Assembly (NCBI GenBank): GCA_037128175.1
Contig: JBAXWY010000009.1
Location: forward strand, 1-64,000
Source: Methanothrix sp.
GTDB lineage: Archaea > Halobacteriota > Methanosarcinia > Methanotrichales > Methanotrichaceae
DNA: 64,000 bases
Reading direction: 5' to 3'
This document shows, in pieces, positions 45,557 to 54,796 of this stretch. Positions within the stretch are counted from its first letter, which is position 1; every line of letters begins with the position of its first letter. The notes below the pieces were generated by a model that worked only from the letters and a program-made list of their open reading frames with translations, was not told the DNA's origin and did no database searches. The position numbers and the translations under genes were made by a program.

Positions 45557-45719
45557 TGGTCGGGTCTAATACTTCGGATATCCATTTTATGGTTAGGATA
45601 TTCTATACTTAACTGGAGCGGTGTGGAGAATCGCATATCTTAAAATTTTTGGCGTTGAGGTTACCACATCAAATAGCCAAGACACAAAAAAGATGGTGAG
45701 AATTAGAAGCCAGACGGTT

Positions 45720-46259
45720 TCAGATCATCTTAACTTGAATCGTATTCAGCAAGTTCTCACTCAGATTCGTCGGGAATTTTGCCAGAATCTCTACCTTGGT
45801 CATTCCCACGGATATATTGTAATTCTCAATTACTCTGCTGTCCAGCCAATATTTTGCAATAGTAGAATTAGAGACGTTGCCGTCTTTCTCATAGGTTTCG
45901 GTTACTACAAGGCCGGGTTTGCCATCAATAATCATCTCGGATAAGTCGCCATCCGTTATAGTTCCGAGGGCTTTTTCATAATTCAAGGCAAGATTTAGGT
46001 ATCTGAGATCCGGAGATAGATCTGAGCATTCCCAGACGGTTTCATTGATTACAGCAATAGCTGCTTTGGTATCATTAGTAAATTTTATATCTATTCTTGA
46101 TGTGGAGTTCGCCTCATCCCATTGTGATGATACATTGTATTCCATTGTCGTATTCAGGTCAAACGAAACGTTATAAGGCCCAACCGAAGTCTCCTCAGTC
46201 TTTGCCGATGCACCTGCAGCCAGCAAGACCATTAAGATTAAAGCATACAATATCTTCAT
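45720..46259 (-). CDS. Secreted hypothetical protein
   Basis: Signal peptide, GPYNVSFDL and a GGTGGA RBS. Confidence 0.75.
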   Translation of the reverse strand: MKILYALILMVLLAAGASAKTEETSVGPYNVSFDLNTTMEYNVSSQWDEANSTSRIDIKFTNDTKAAIAVINETVWECSDLSPDLRYLNLALNYEKALGTITDGDLSEMIIDGKPGLVVTETYEKDGNVSNSTIAKYWLDSRVIENYNISVGMTKVEILAKFPTNLSENLLNTIQVKMI

Positions 46260-46544
46260 ATTAATCCACCTGTATTTTCTCGTGGCAAGAAATTTTGTCC
46301 ACTAATAATAATATGATCTACTACAATTATATATAGTTAAGGATTGATGCTGCAAGGAAAACAATACACTTAATTTTTGTAGGATTCTCGCCATAGCGAG
46401 CCCTTCGAGGGACTTAGGATTTAGGTTCATCGACTGCGGCGCTTCTGCCCTGGCAATGCTTGTACAATATAATCTTGTCTTGCTGAGGTGTATTGAGAAT
46501 GTGTGCCTACATTTTGGCATACAAAAAGGAGGCTTCAGGATTTT

Positions 46545-48287
46545 TTAAGAATTCAATGCATTCAAGTTTGCCTTTGCTTTTTTTGTGAGCGGGTGGTTCT
46601 TCCCCAGGATTTTCTGCAATATTCTGATTGATCGCTTGAAGCATCTTTTTGCGCCCGCCAGGTCGCCCAGATCTTTCAGCACCGAGCCCAGGTTGTTGGC
46701 AATTGTGGCCACGCTGGTGTGCTCCGGCCCGAAGGCCTTCTCGTCGATGGCGAGAGCCCTCTCGTAGCAGCTTTTTGCGCCCGCCAGATCGCCCAGATCT
46801 TGCAGCACCGAGCCCAGGTTGTTGACTCTGATGGCCACGCTGATGTGCTCCGGCCCGAAGGCCTTCTCGCTTATGGAGAGAGCCCTCTCAAAGCAGCTTT
46901 TGGCTTCGTTGAAATCTGCGAAATGACGCTGATAGCTGCCAGCATTATTCAGAATCTCTGCAATAATCTCCGGTGCTATGCCAAGCTGCTCAGCGTATCC
47001 GGCGCAGGCCAGGGCATGAAGCAACAAAGGCGCGCACTCTTCCCAGCTTTTCTGGCTATCTTCATCAAATTGGAATGCACCATTCAGCAAATTCAGGGAA
47101 GCTGCGGACCACTTCTTTGGCTCATCCTTTGCCAGCCAACTTCGCACCACCACCTGCACCAGTTGATGCATGGAAAAGCTATCTCCAACTCCCGTGATCA
47201 GCGAGTAGCGCCTCAGCTCCGTCATGACAGAATCAAGCTCCAGCTCTTCTGCCACTGCTGAGGCTAAGGGCTCTGGAAAATGCTCTGCACCTGCGGCGAT
47301 CATTGATCTTGGAATATCGTCAGGTGCAAGAAACGAGCAAAGGACGAGGAGATCAGCGCCTGCCGGAGACTTCGCTTTTACCGCTTGAAAAGAGAGATCC
47401 CATGTTGTGGCAACGGTGTCAAGATAATTCGTCGGCTTGCCACGTTTGAGAATCTCCGCTCTGTTTTTGCGAAATCGTGCCAGATAATCGGAGAGTTTTA
47501 TTCCGCTCTCTTTGATGTAGGCTCCTGCCTGCTCCAATGCCAGGGGCAGTCTTCCGGTCTCCGTGGCCAGGGCTTGTGCTGAGGCTTGATCATCCTGATT
47601 GGTTCGCCTGAAAATGAAGTCAACTGCTTCAGTCGGCTCGAAAACATCAACCGGCAGCACTTTGGCCACGCTTCCCCAATTGGGATTGCGAGAGGTGATG
47701 AGCACATGGCCGCCGCCTCCCTGGGGCAGAAACCTATTCAGGGCATCCGGATCCTGGGCATTGTCGAAGATCAGCAGCCATTTCCGGTTCTGCCCCAGCC
47801 AGCCCTTCACAGCATTCACAGCCTGGTCAGGAGAATCCATTTTTGGCAGACCCAAGGCTGCTGCCAGGCTGACATAATCCATGGTTATGCTTGCAGGCTC
47901 CTCAGCATGCACCCACCAGACCAGATCATAATCGGCCCGGTAGCGATAAGCGAATTCCCTGGCGAGTGTTGTCTTGCCCTTCCCACCTAGGCCGCTCAGA
48001 GCCTGAAGCCATGAATCAGGCTGACCTGAATAGAGAGCGGTGTGAAGGCCATTCAGCATTGGTTCGCGGCCTGTGAAGTTACGATTTCGCAGGTGCGGCA
48101 CATTCCAGATGGATGGAAGCGCTCCTGGAAAGCGCGGCCCTTGCTGTGCTGCCATTGTTCCGGGAAATCCTGGAGGAGAGGTGGGCTTTAGGCGTTTTCC
48201 ACCCACGCCGTCAAGCAATTTTTTCCGTGCAGCTTCTTGCTCAAGATTTACAAGATCGATGTAGCTTAAAGCCTCCAATAAGTCCAT
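46545..48287 (-). CDS. NB-ARC (STAND) ATPase with TPR repeats; C-terminal part of a frameshift-split TIR-NB-ARC-TPR gene
   Basis: RNRNFTGRE, Walker A GLGGKGKT, WLLIFDNA, LITSR, LPLALEQAG, MHQLVQ and 42-aa TPR repeats. Confidence 0.88.
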   Translation of the reverse strand: MDLLEALSYIDLVNLEQEAARKKLLDGVGGKRLKPTSPPGFPGTMAAQQGPRFPGALPSIWNVPHLRNRNFTGREPMLNGLHTALYSGQPDSWLQALSGLGGKGKTTLAREFAYRYRADYDLVWWVHAEEPASITMDYVSLAAALGLPKMDSPDQAVNAVKGWLGQNRKWLLIFDNAQDPDALNRFLPQGGGGHVLITSRNPNWGSVAKVLPVDVFEPTEAVDFIFRRTNQDDQASAQALATETGRLPLALEQAGAYIKESGIKLSDYLARFRKNRAEILKRGKPTNYLDTVATTWDLSFQAVKAKSPAGADLLVLCSFLAPDDIPRSMIAAGAEHFPEPLASAVAEELELDSVMTELRRYSLITGVGDSFSMHQLVQVVVRSWLAKDEPKKWSAASLNLLNGAFQFDEDSQKSWEECAPLLLHALACAGYAEQLGIAPEIIAEILNNAGSYQRHFADFNEAKSCFERALSISEKAFGPEHISVAIRVNNLGSVLQDLGDLAGAKSCYERALAIDEKAFGPEHTSVATIANNLGSVLKDLGDLAGAKRCFKRSIRILQKILGKNHPLTKKAKANLNALNS

Positions 48288-48588
48288 CAGGTTTGCATTC
48301 TTGAACTCGTATTAATATCAATTTTCTCTTTTTTCCAGTGGGATCATTAACGAAGGCTGCCGACCACTCTGGTTTTGTGAATATCGAAGCAAGGAAATGG
48401 GGGGACAAAACTCCAATGGTCCGTTCAGCATCTTTGGCTGCCTCATGCATCTCCAGCACGAAATTGCAGCCGGGCAAAAAATCCCAGCACTTGATGACTA
48501 CAGAGTAGCCTGCATCCTCAAGCTGCCACGCGATCCATTCCGCCCACTGGCGATCAGCTTTGTTGTAGCTGATGAAAAAGTCCTTCAT
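48241..48588 (-). CDS. TIR domain (TIR_2), out of frame with the downstream NB-ARC-TPR
   Basis: MKDFFISYNKADRQWAEWIAWQLE, WDFLPG.NFV, VLSPHF and catalytic-type Glu in KPEW. Confidence 0.85.
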   Translation of the reverse strand: MKDFFISYNKADRQWAEWIAWQLEDAGYSVVIKCWDFLPGCNFVLEMHEAAKDAERTIGVLSPHFLASIFTKPEWSAAFVNDPTGKKRKLILIRVQECKPDGLIGGFKLHRSCKS

Positions 48589-48882
48589 CTGGTCTGTGCA
48601 AACTACTCTTGAAGATAAAACATTTGTGCAAGGTTGTCTCCGCCAATTTATAAATGATAATATTAATATCATTACTATCAATTGGATCGAAATCAGCTCA
48701 ATAATTGCCACACTTCATACATATTAGGGCACTTGAGACATAAAGTTCAAATAGTATTAGGATAAATCATTATTAAAAAAATTAGTTAGAAATAACAAAA
48801 GGCAAGTGATCCGGGTCTTCGTGAGCCATCTGAGGGGATGGATGCAGCTTTCCCGAAATCCTGCTTGAATTAACCGGTCTAA

Positions 48883-49362
48883 ATGAAGGGGGAGTATAAA
48901 ACGTCAATGTTGATACCTATCGGCATAGTCATGCTGAGCGGCGCAGTAGGCGGAATTGTGAATGCACTGGTGAGCGACAACGGTTTTGTCAGGCCCAGTG
49001 AGGAGACGGCGGGCGATGTCACCATAATCCGCCCCGGCTTTGCAGGCAACATACTTCTGGGTAGCATGGCCGCTTTTATCTCCTGGGGCCTTTACGGAGC
49101 TTTCAGCAATGCAGTTATCTGGGGCGCGAACACCGGAATGGGAACGGATGAGGTAACCGTTTCCATGGCATCCATTGCCGGCGCAGTCCTGGTGGGGATA
49201 GGCGGAGCTCGCTGGCTGACCAACGAGGTGGACAAGAAGCTGCTTCGAACAGCAGCGGCCACGGCTGCCGCCTCCAAGCCGTCCTTTGACGATTCTCAGA
49301 AAATTGCCCGGGCCACCCCGGCCCAGGCCTTCAATATCGCCAAGAAGATGTACAAAGAGTGA
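48883..49362 (+). CDS. Small three-TM membrane protein (DUF4257-like)
   Basis: SGAVGGIVNAL...PGFAGNILLG..AA...VGIGGARWL. Confidence 0.65.
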   Translation: MKGEYKTSMLIPIGIVMLSGAVGGIVNALVSDNGFVRPSEETAGDVTIIRPGFAGNILLGSMAAFISWGLYGAFSNAVIWGANTGMGTDEVTVSMASIAGAVLVGIGGARWLTNEVDKKLLRTAAATAAASKPSFDDSQKIARATPAQAFNIAKKMYKE

Positions 49363-49378
49363 GAAACGAAAGGCATGA

Positions 49379-50176
49379 ATGGGCCACTATGATCACAGAG
49401 TGCATGCTGGCAATGCTGGGGACGTCTGGAAGCATTTCCTGCTGCTGGAGGCGGCAGATTGCCTCCTCGACATCGACGGCAGCCTGGTTTATGCAGAAAG
49501 CCATGTGGGACGCCCCGAGTATGCCCTGAGAGAGCCCGGTGATTGGGAGGGCGGAATAGGCATGATCCGGCCGCTTCTACCATCCCTTGGAAATTTTTGC
49601 CATTTTAACATTCTGGCTGATTTGAATCCGGAAATTTCCTCTTTTCCAATACTTTATCCTGGATCTGCCCGTCTCATCTATGAGCTGGCGAAGAATAAAG
49701 GAACAAACCTGCAGGCCGATGTTTGGGACAACGATTCCTGTGTAGCCGGCTCTTGGGAGAGCTTCACAGAGGCGGCAGCTGCAAAACCGGCAGGAGCATT
49801 TCTGCCGGCTAAAATCGTCTTTCATCAGGGAGACGGATTTCAAGGAGTGTTGTCTTGGCTTCACAGATCTCCGCCTGGACTCCTTTTCATCGATCCTCCG
49901 TACATTGATTCCCAAGATGTCCGGCTAGCAGAGAAGCTGCTGCAAAGAGCGAAAGACCTGGGATGGATTGTTCTCTGGTGGTTTATGATGGACACGAAGA
50001 CCGCTCCGGATGACTTGCAGACATTCGAGCTATGTTTTTCAGAAGTGGGACTGGAGGGGGGAAGAATGAAAGGAGCGAATGTGGCTTTTGCCGGAGGAGA
50101 ATGCGAGCGGTTTGACCATCTCATTAGCCACATGCACCGGCAAATAGATAAATTCATCAGAGTATTAAAGCGTTAA
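49379..50176 (+). CDS. RlmJ-like adenine-N6 methyltransferase
   Basis: N-terminal YDHRVHAGNAGDVWKH, YAESH, YPGS, DGF and catalytic IDPPY. Confidence 0.75.
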   Translation: MGHYDHRVHAGNAGDVWKHFLLLEAADCLLDIDGSLVYAESHVGRPEYALREPGDWEGGIGMIRPLLPSLGNFCHFNILADLNPEISSFPILYPGSARLIYELAKNKGTNLQADVWDNDSCVAGSWESFTEAAAAKPAGAFLPAKIVFHQGDGFQGVLSWLHRSPPGLLFIDPPYIDSQDVRLAEKLLQRAKDLGWIVLWWFMMDTKTAPDDLQTFELCFSEVGLEGGRMKGANVAFAGGECERFDHLISHMHRQIDKFIRVLKR

Positions 50177-50221
50177 GTTTATCCGCTCTCTTGAGGATTT
50201 ATTCGCATAAGGGGATATCAC

Positions 50222-51880
50222 TTGCGCAAAGTCTACCGGCTCACTATCTCACTGATTCTTGTTATGCTCATTTACAGCCTAGTCTTCATGGCGCTGATGA
50301 GCATTGAGGGCCAGTCCCAGAATGTGAATATTACCACGGCTGTTTACTGGGTGGTGGTGACCATGACCACGCTGGGCTATGGAGATATCGTCTTCAAAAG
50401 CGGAGGTGGGTATCTATTTACTATAATCGTCGCCCTTTCCGGAATTGCCATTCTCTGGTCAGTGGTAGTTCCACTAGGCATAACTCCTAATCTGGAGCGC
50501 ATGATCCGGGCCGCTCACTCTTCCGCCCCGGAGAAGATGAATGGCCACATAATTATTTCCGGATACAATCCCATTGTAGAGACTTTGGCGGAGAGATTTT
50601 CTCTGCTGAAGATACCCTTTTTGATCATCGAGCGGTCGGAGAGCGTAGCCAGAAGTATCTATAAAAATTATCCTGTGCTCTGGGGAAATCCGTCCCAGGC
50701 AGAGGTGCAACGAAGAGCTAGCATCACTTCCGCCCGGCTCTTCATAGCCAACGAAAATGACGAACTGAATGCCGAGGTCATTTTAACATTACGAGAGATC
50801 TCTGATATCGAGATCATAGCTCTGGTAGACGATCTGACCCGATCCAGGTTTCTGAAGTATGCGGGAGCCTCCCGCATCATCTCGCCTAAAACACTGCTCG
50901 GAACCTTCATCGCCCAGATCACATCTCTGCCTATGAGAAATGTATTTCCTGGATCCATCCAGCTCTTTGGCGATCTTCTCCTGGTGGAGCTGCCCATCTA
51001 TCCGGGAGCGGAGCTGATCGGAGAGAAGCTGGAGGAAATAGGGATAAAGAGCTCGGGCGCAGGCGTCGTGGGCATCTGGCAGAGAGGGATCTTTCATCCC
51101 AGCCCAGGGCCCGAGGAGACCGTGCACTCCAACTCGGTGCTGATGGCGGTGGGAAATATCGAACAGCTCTCCGTCATCAGGGATCTCACCTTAGGCACTC
51201 GCAAGGAGGGGCCTCAAATAATCCTGGGATACGGGGATGTGGGAAAACGGGTGGCTGCCGTGCTCTCCGACTGTGGAATAAACCCAACGATCCTGGACAG
51301 GCGCGTTTTAAAAGATATCGATTTTCCGCACATAACCGGCGATGCTACGGCAGAGGACGATCTGCTGCAAGCAGGTATCAAAGAGGCGGTGGGAGTCCTG
51401 ATCATGCTCAACTTAGATTCTGATGCCATTTATGCCACCCTTCTCGCCAAAAATCTTAACCCCAATGCCTTTGTAGTGGTGAGAGCCAATCACCTCAAGT
51501 CAGCCGAGAATATCTACCGGGCCGGGGCGGACTATGTAGCATCAGTGCCAATCGTAGCCAGCCACATGCTGGCCAGGATCATCCAGGGAGAAGAGGAGCA
51601 GCTGCATCTCTTATATGAGGATCTGGAACTGAAGATATTCCATGTAAGCAAGAGGTCCCGTTTAGCGGGAAGAACCCTGGCAAAGCTGGATCTGCCGCAG
51701 ATGTTCGGCTGCCGGGCGGTAGCTCTGGAGCGAATGGGCCAGACCATGGCTGTGCCGGACACTAATACGGTCGTAGAAGGAGGCGATATTCTGGCACTGA
51801 TGGGCAGCCCGAAGGGCATTGAGGCCTTCAGCCGGAAATACGATCGAAGGAAAGACTGGAAGAAGATGCTGAAGATCTAA
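50222..51880 (+). CDS. Potassium channel with two RCK (TrkA-N/TrkA-C) modules
   Basis: Filter TMTTLGYGD, HIIISGY and ILGYGDVG Rossmann folds. Confidence 0.92.
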   Translation: MRKVYRLTISLILVMLIYSLVFMALMSIEGQSQNVNITTAVYWVVVTMTTLGYGDIVFKSGGGYLFTIIVALSGIAILWSVVVPLGITPNLERMIRAAHSSAPEKMNGHIIISGYNPIVETLAERFSLLKIPFLIIERSESVARSIYKNYPVLWGNPSQAEVQRRASITSARLFIANENDELNAEVILTLREISDIEIIALVDDLTRSRFLKYAGASRIISPKTLLGTFIAQITSLPMRNVFPGSIQLFGDLLLVELPIYPGAELIGEKLEEIGIKSSGAGVVGIWQRGIFHPSPGPEETVHSNSVLMAVGNIEQLSVIRDLTLGTRKEGPQIILGYGDVGKRVAAVLSDCGINPTILDRRVLKDIDFPHITGDATAEDDLLQAGIKEAVGVLIMLNLDSDAIYATLLAKNLNPNAFVVVRANHLKSAENIYRAGADYVASVPIVASHMLARIIQGEEEQLHLLYEDLELKIFHVSKRSRLAGRTLAKLDLPQMFGCRAVALERMGQTMAVPDTNTVVEGGDILALMGSPKGIEAFSRKYDRRKDWKKMLKI

Positions 51881-52060
51881 TCAATTCCAATTCCAAATGC
51901 AGGAGAAGATGGTGGAGCAAGCAGAAGCTGAGTCGAACAAACTTTCGTTAAGAACCAGCTCTCTGACTTATCTTGCCAAGAAACAGAGTCTCCTGGGCTT
52001 CACGGCCGAGGTTCTGGTCGGAGATTTTGGTTTCATGAGGGGGCTTTTGCGTCGGCTGCG

Positions 52061-52160
52061 TCCTCCACCAGGGGCACCACCCTGCTAGTAGCGCCAGCTC
52101 CTCCTGGTTGTGGCCCGGAAGAGCTCGCCCTGGCAGGCGGGCCTCTTGATCTGGAACAGC
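52061..52160 (+). repeat. GC-rich dispersed repeat, copy C
   Basis: CACCAGGGGC...CAGCTCCTCCTGG...GGCAGGCGGGCCTC-TGATC is shared with 53108-53207. Confidence 0.8.
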
Positions 52161-52227
52161 GACCTTTGCATCGTTCGGAAGTTAGATGTACTAAAATGAT
52201 GCTCATAGTAATTGACCGGTGAATCCA

Positions 52228-52437
52228 ATGAAGTTCGACGTAGTAATAAGAAAGGACGAAGACGGCTATTATGTTGCCACCGTCCCGGATCTTGCTGGCT
52301 GCCATACCCAGGCAAGGAGCCTTGATGAGCTGATGAGCCGGATCAAGGAGGCCATTTTGCTCTGTCTGGATGTAAAAGAAAGGGATGAAATGAGCCGCTT
52401 CGTAGGGGTGCAAATAGTTGAAGTTGAGACCTGTTAG
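52228..52437 (+). CDS. hicB: HicB-family antitoxin (orphan)
   Basis: DEDGYYVATVPDLAGCHTQARSLDELMSRIKEAI. Confidence 0.9.
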   Translation: MKFDVVIRKDEDGYYVATVPDLAGCHTQARSLDELMSRIKEAILLCLDVKERDEMSRFVGVQIVEVETC

Positions 52438-52460
52438 TGCAGAAAAGGTAATAAAAGCAT
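52418..52460 (+). pseudogene. Truncated HicA toxin N-terminus
   Basis: A TTG overlapping the hicB end reads MKLRPVSAEKVIKA, then loses similarity shortly before repeat copy D. Confidence 0.6.
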
Positions 52461-52495
52461 CGAGCTTTTGGATCAGATTTAGCCGCTTCTTTGTT

Positions 52496-52521
52496 CTGGC
52501 AGGCGGGCCTCGTGATCGAGG
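52496..52521 (+). repeat. GC-rich dispersed repeat, copy D (core only)
   Basis: GGCAGGCGGGCCTCGTGATCGAGG at 52498-52521 is identical to 53184-53207. Confidence 0.85.
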
Positions 52522-52565
52522 GCATCAACCCCAGTAGTAGTATTAATAGTAATAATCCGTTTTCG

Positions 52566-52784
52566 TCAGACGGAAAGCCACTCATCCCGAGAGATCTTGC
52601 CCTGTTTCAGGATGATTGAGAGAAGCTTGACGCTGATATCACTGCCGTGGGGATTTGGTATGCTTACGTACACACCGTCCCTAACCATGTAATCGTGATC
52701 AGATCCGGGATAAGGGCCTATGAATCCCATCTTTTTGAGCAGTCTGATTAGCTCCCGCCTGGGAACCGGAATCAGCTTAGACAC
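52566..52784 (-). CDS. hicA: HicA-family mRNA interferase toxin
   Basis: SKLIPVPRRELIRLLKKMGF..GSDH..IPNPHGSDI. GTG start overlaps the hicB stop region. Confidence 0.88.
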   Translation of the reverse strand: MSKLIPVPRRELIRLLKKMGFIGPYPGSDHDYMVRDGVYVSIPNPHGSDISVKLLSIILKQGKISRDEWLSV

Positions 52785-53028
52785 TGGCCATCGGCTCCGC
52801 CGAGACGTTGATTGAGACACCTTTTATCGGCGGGATCAAGTCCCCTAATCGGAGTCTTAGCGCAATCCAGCCCTCAATCACCTCGATGAGATCTTTACGG
52901 CATTCTTCGATGGTGTCTCCTATGGCAATTACGCCTTGAAGCCCAACTACTGTAGCCACGTAAGTGCCATCTTCCAAAGTATCGTACTCTGCCAGTTTTA
53001 GTGCTGCCTGAATGTACTCAGAGAACAT
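52777..53028 (-). CDS. hicB: HicB-family antitoxin
   Basis: EYIQAAL..EDGTYVA...GV.A.GDTIEECRKDL.EV.EGW. Confidence 0.88.
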   Translation of the reverse strand: MFSEYIQAALKLAEYDTLEDGTYVATVVGLQGVIAIGDTIEECRKDLIEVIEGWIALRLRLGDLIPPIKGVSINVSAEPMASV

Positions 53029-53107
53029 GATCTGATCTTATAAACTTGCAGGAATTTAACTGTTATCTAAGGCTTCGGCTTTGAGATGATCTTTCCGATC
53101 ATCAGCA

Positions 53108-53207
53108 TCCTACACCAGGGGCCCCCGCCAAGAGTCTGCCCGTCATCAGCTCCTCCTGGCAATGGCCTGGAACAGCTCCCCCCGGCAGGCGGGCCTCGTG
53201 ATCGAGG
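53108..53207 (+). repeat. GC-rich dispersed repeat, copy E
   Basis: Aligns with copies C and D. Confidence 0.8.
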
Positions 53208-53362
53208 ACGGTGATTCCAGGTGCTCATCCGCAGCGGGCGCAAGCGCAATCTGTCCATTCAAGGACTCAGTGGTTTGTCGTTTTGCCGGTCTTCCTCTTC
53301 TTGCCAACTGGGATCCGATCTCCTGTATTTGAAAATAGTAATAAAGATCGCAGTACCACCCT

Positions 53363-54154
53363 TTACCCATAGATCTCTCTAATCAGGCCCAATGCCGATT
53401 CCTGCACCTTGTCCACGATTTTTGCAGGAACGTAGGATCTGGGCGTCTGGGAGCGGGCCAGACAAATGAATGCCGGTCTGGCCACGCTCTCCAGGACGCG
53501 CTTGACTCCCGCCAGCCTCTTTTTCATGACCTCATGCGGCGAACCTCTGTCGCCGTTTCCGTACAGGCCGTCCAGATCTAAGCCTACCGCAGCGGGAAGA
53601 AGGCAATCTTGCAGGTCCCTATGAAAATCATGCCGAGTTATCTTCCGGGGAACGGGAGAGCTCTTGGCGCTGCTGCCTTTGAGCCGGGTTGTGTCCTCAT
53701 CCCAGACAATCCATTTGCCCTTTTTTTCGTTGGGATGAGCGCTTTTCTCGACAGTCTTTGGCGTATCGATTGTCTCTGATCCGGATACTCTTCCATAGGC
53801 ATCTATTTGATTTTCCTGTGGGTGAAAATGGTACAGAGCCCCAACGACTCCGGTGTGAAATGCGGGGCAGGTGAAATTGCCTTCGTTGACTTTTTCCCGG
53901 CAATAGTCCTGCAGGTAGGGCATTAGCCTTGCAATAAATTGGAGCTTTTCCCTTCCTTCCCTGGCAGGCAGAGCCGGACAGCAGTGGAACATGTCGTGAT
54001 GGGCATCTATACGTACTACTATCAGGCTGCACTTTTGGCGCAAGAATTCCTGGAACCAATAAGGTACGATATCGTTATGGGGATCGACGATGACGACCTT
54101 GGTTCCACCAATGAACAGCTCGACTGGGGAAAACCGGCAAGAACCTGAGGACAC
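53363..54154 (-). CDS. UPF0489-like (arginase/deacetylase-fold) protein
   Basis: IVDPHN, RIDAHHDM, NEGNF and GLDLD metal-binding-type motifs. Confidence 0.65.
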   Translation of the reverse strand: MSSGSCRFSPVELFIGGTKVVIVDPHNDIVPYWFQEFLRQKCSLIVVRIDAHHDMFHCCPALPAREGREKLQFIARLMPYLQDYCREKVNEGNFTCPAFHTGVVGALYHFHPQENQIDAYGRVSGSETIDTPKTVEKSAHPNEKKGKWIVWDEDTTRLKGSSAKSSPVPRKITRHDFHRDLQDCLLPAAVGLDLDGLYGNGDRGSPHEVMKKRLAGVKRVLESVARPAFICLARSQTPRSYVPAKIVDKVQESALGLIREIYG

Positions 54155-54325
54155 AAAAAACCCCCTGGAGACAGAGATGATGCGGCTATGCTCTCGATTT
54201 AAAGTTTAACTTTGCTCACGATTATTAGTGTATGTAATGATATTTAAACTTAATAAATTTTTCGCAGGTTTACCCGACAGTAATATGATGCACAAGATCC
54301 CAAGCGGTAGAGCGAGGAGATGTAA

Positions 54326-54796
54326 ATGGGATTTCGCAGCAGTATAATTCTTGCATTGCTCTGTGCCTCGATTATCATCTGGTTGGGGGCGGCGCAAGGC
54401 ATGGTGTTCATCAATGAGGTGGAGGCAAATCCGGCCGGAGATGAAAGTGCCTTCAAGACTACTATAACGGCCTGGTTTGAGCTTTATAATAATGATGATA
54501 AAGATGTGGATATAGGTGGATGGAGCATAAATAACTCAGTGGGAAGATCGATGACCATTCCCCAGGGCGCAGTCATCAGAGGCCTGGACTATTACGTAAT
54601 GGATGTGAGGCCCAAATGGCTGGCCCAAAGCGACGAGATTCTGGTGCTGACCGATGCCAGCGGCACAGAGGTGGACCGGACGGCAGTTCTCAGCGATGAA
54701 GAGGATAACGAGATGGCCTGGACAAGAGATCCGGACGGAAGGGACACCAACAGCACGGATGACTGGAAGTTCCTGGCCAGCAGCCGTGGATTTTGA
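54326..54796 (+). CDS. Secreted lamin-tail domain protein
   Basis: Signal peptide, INEVEANPAG, FELYN...VDIGGWSI and RDPDG.DT. Confidence 0.85.
   Translation: MGFRSSIILALLCASIIIWLGAAQGMVFINEVEANPAGDESAFKTTITAWFELYNNDDKDVDIGGWSINNSVGRSMTIPQGAVIRGLDYYVMDVRPKWLAQSDEILVLTDASGTEVDRTAVLSDEEDNEMAWTRDPDGRDTNSTDDWKFLASSRGF

Noticed and set aside
51897-52088. 63-aa ORF between the K+ channel and hicB
   Set aside because: No recognisable family, and it runs into repeat copy C. It may be a remnant but cannot be supported.
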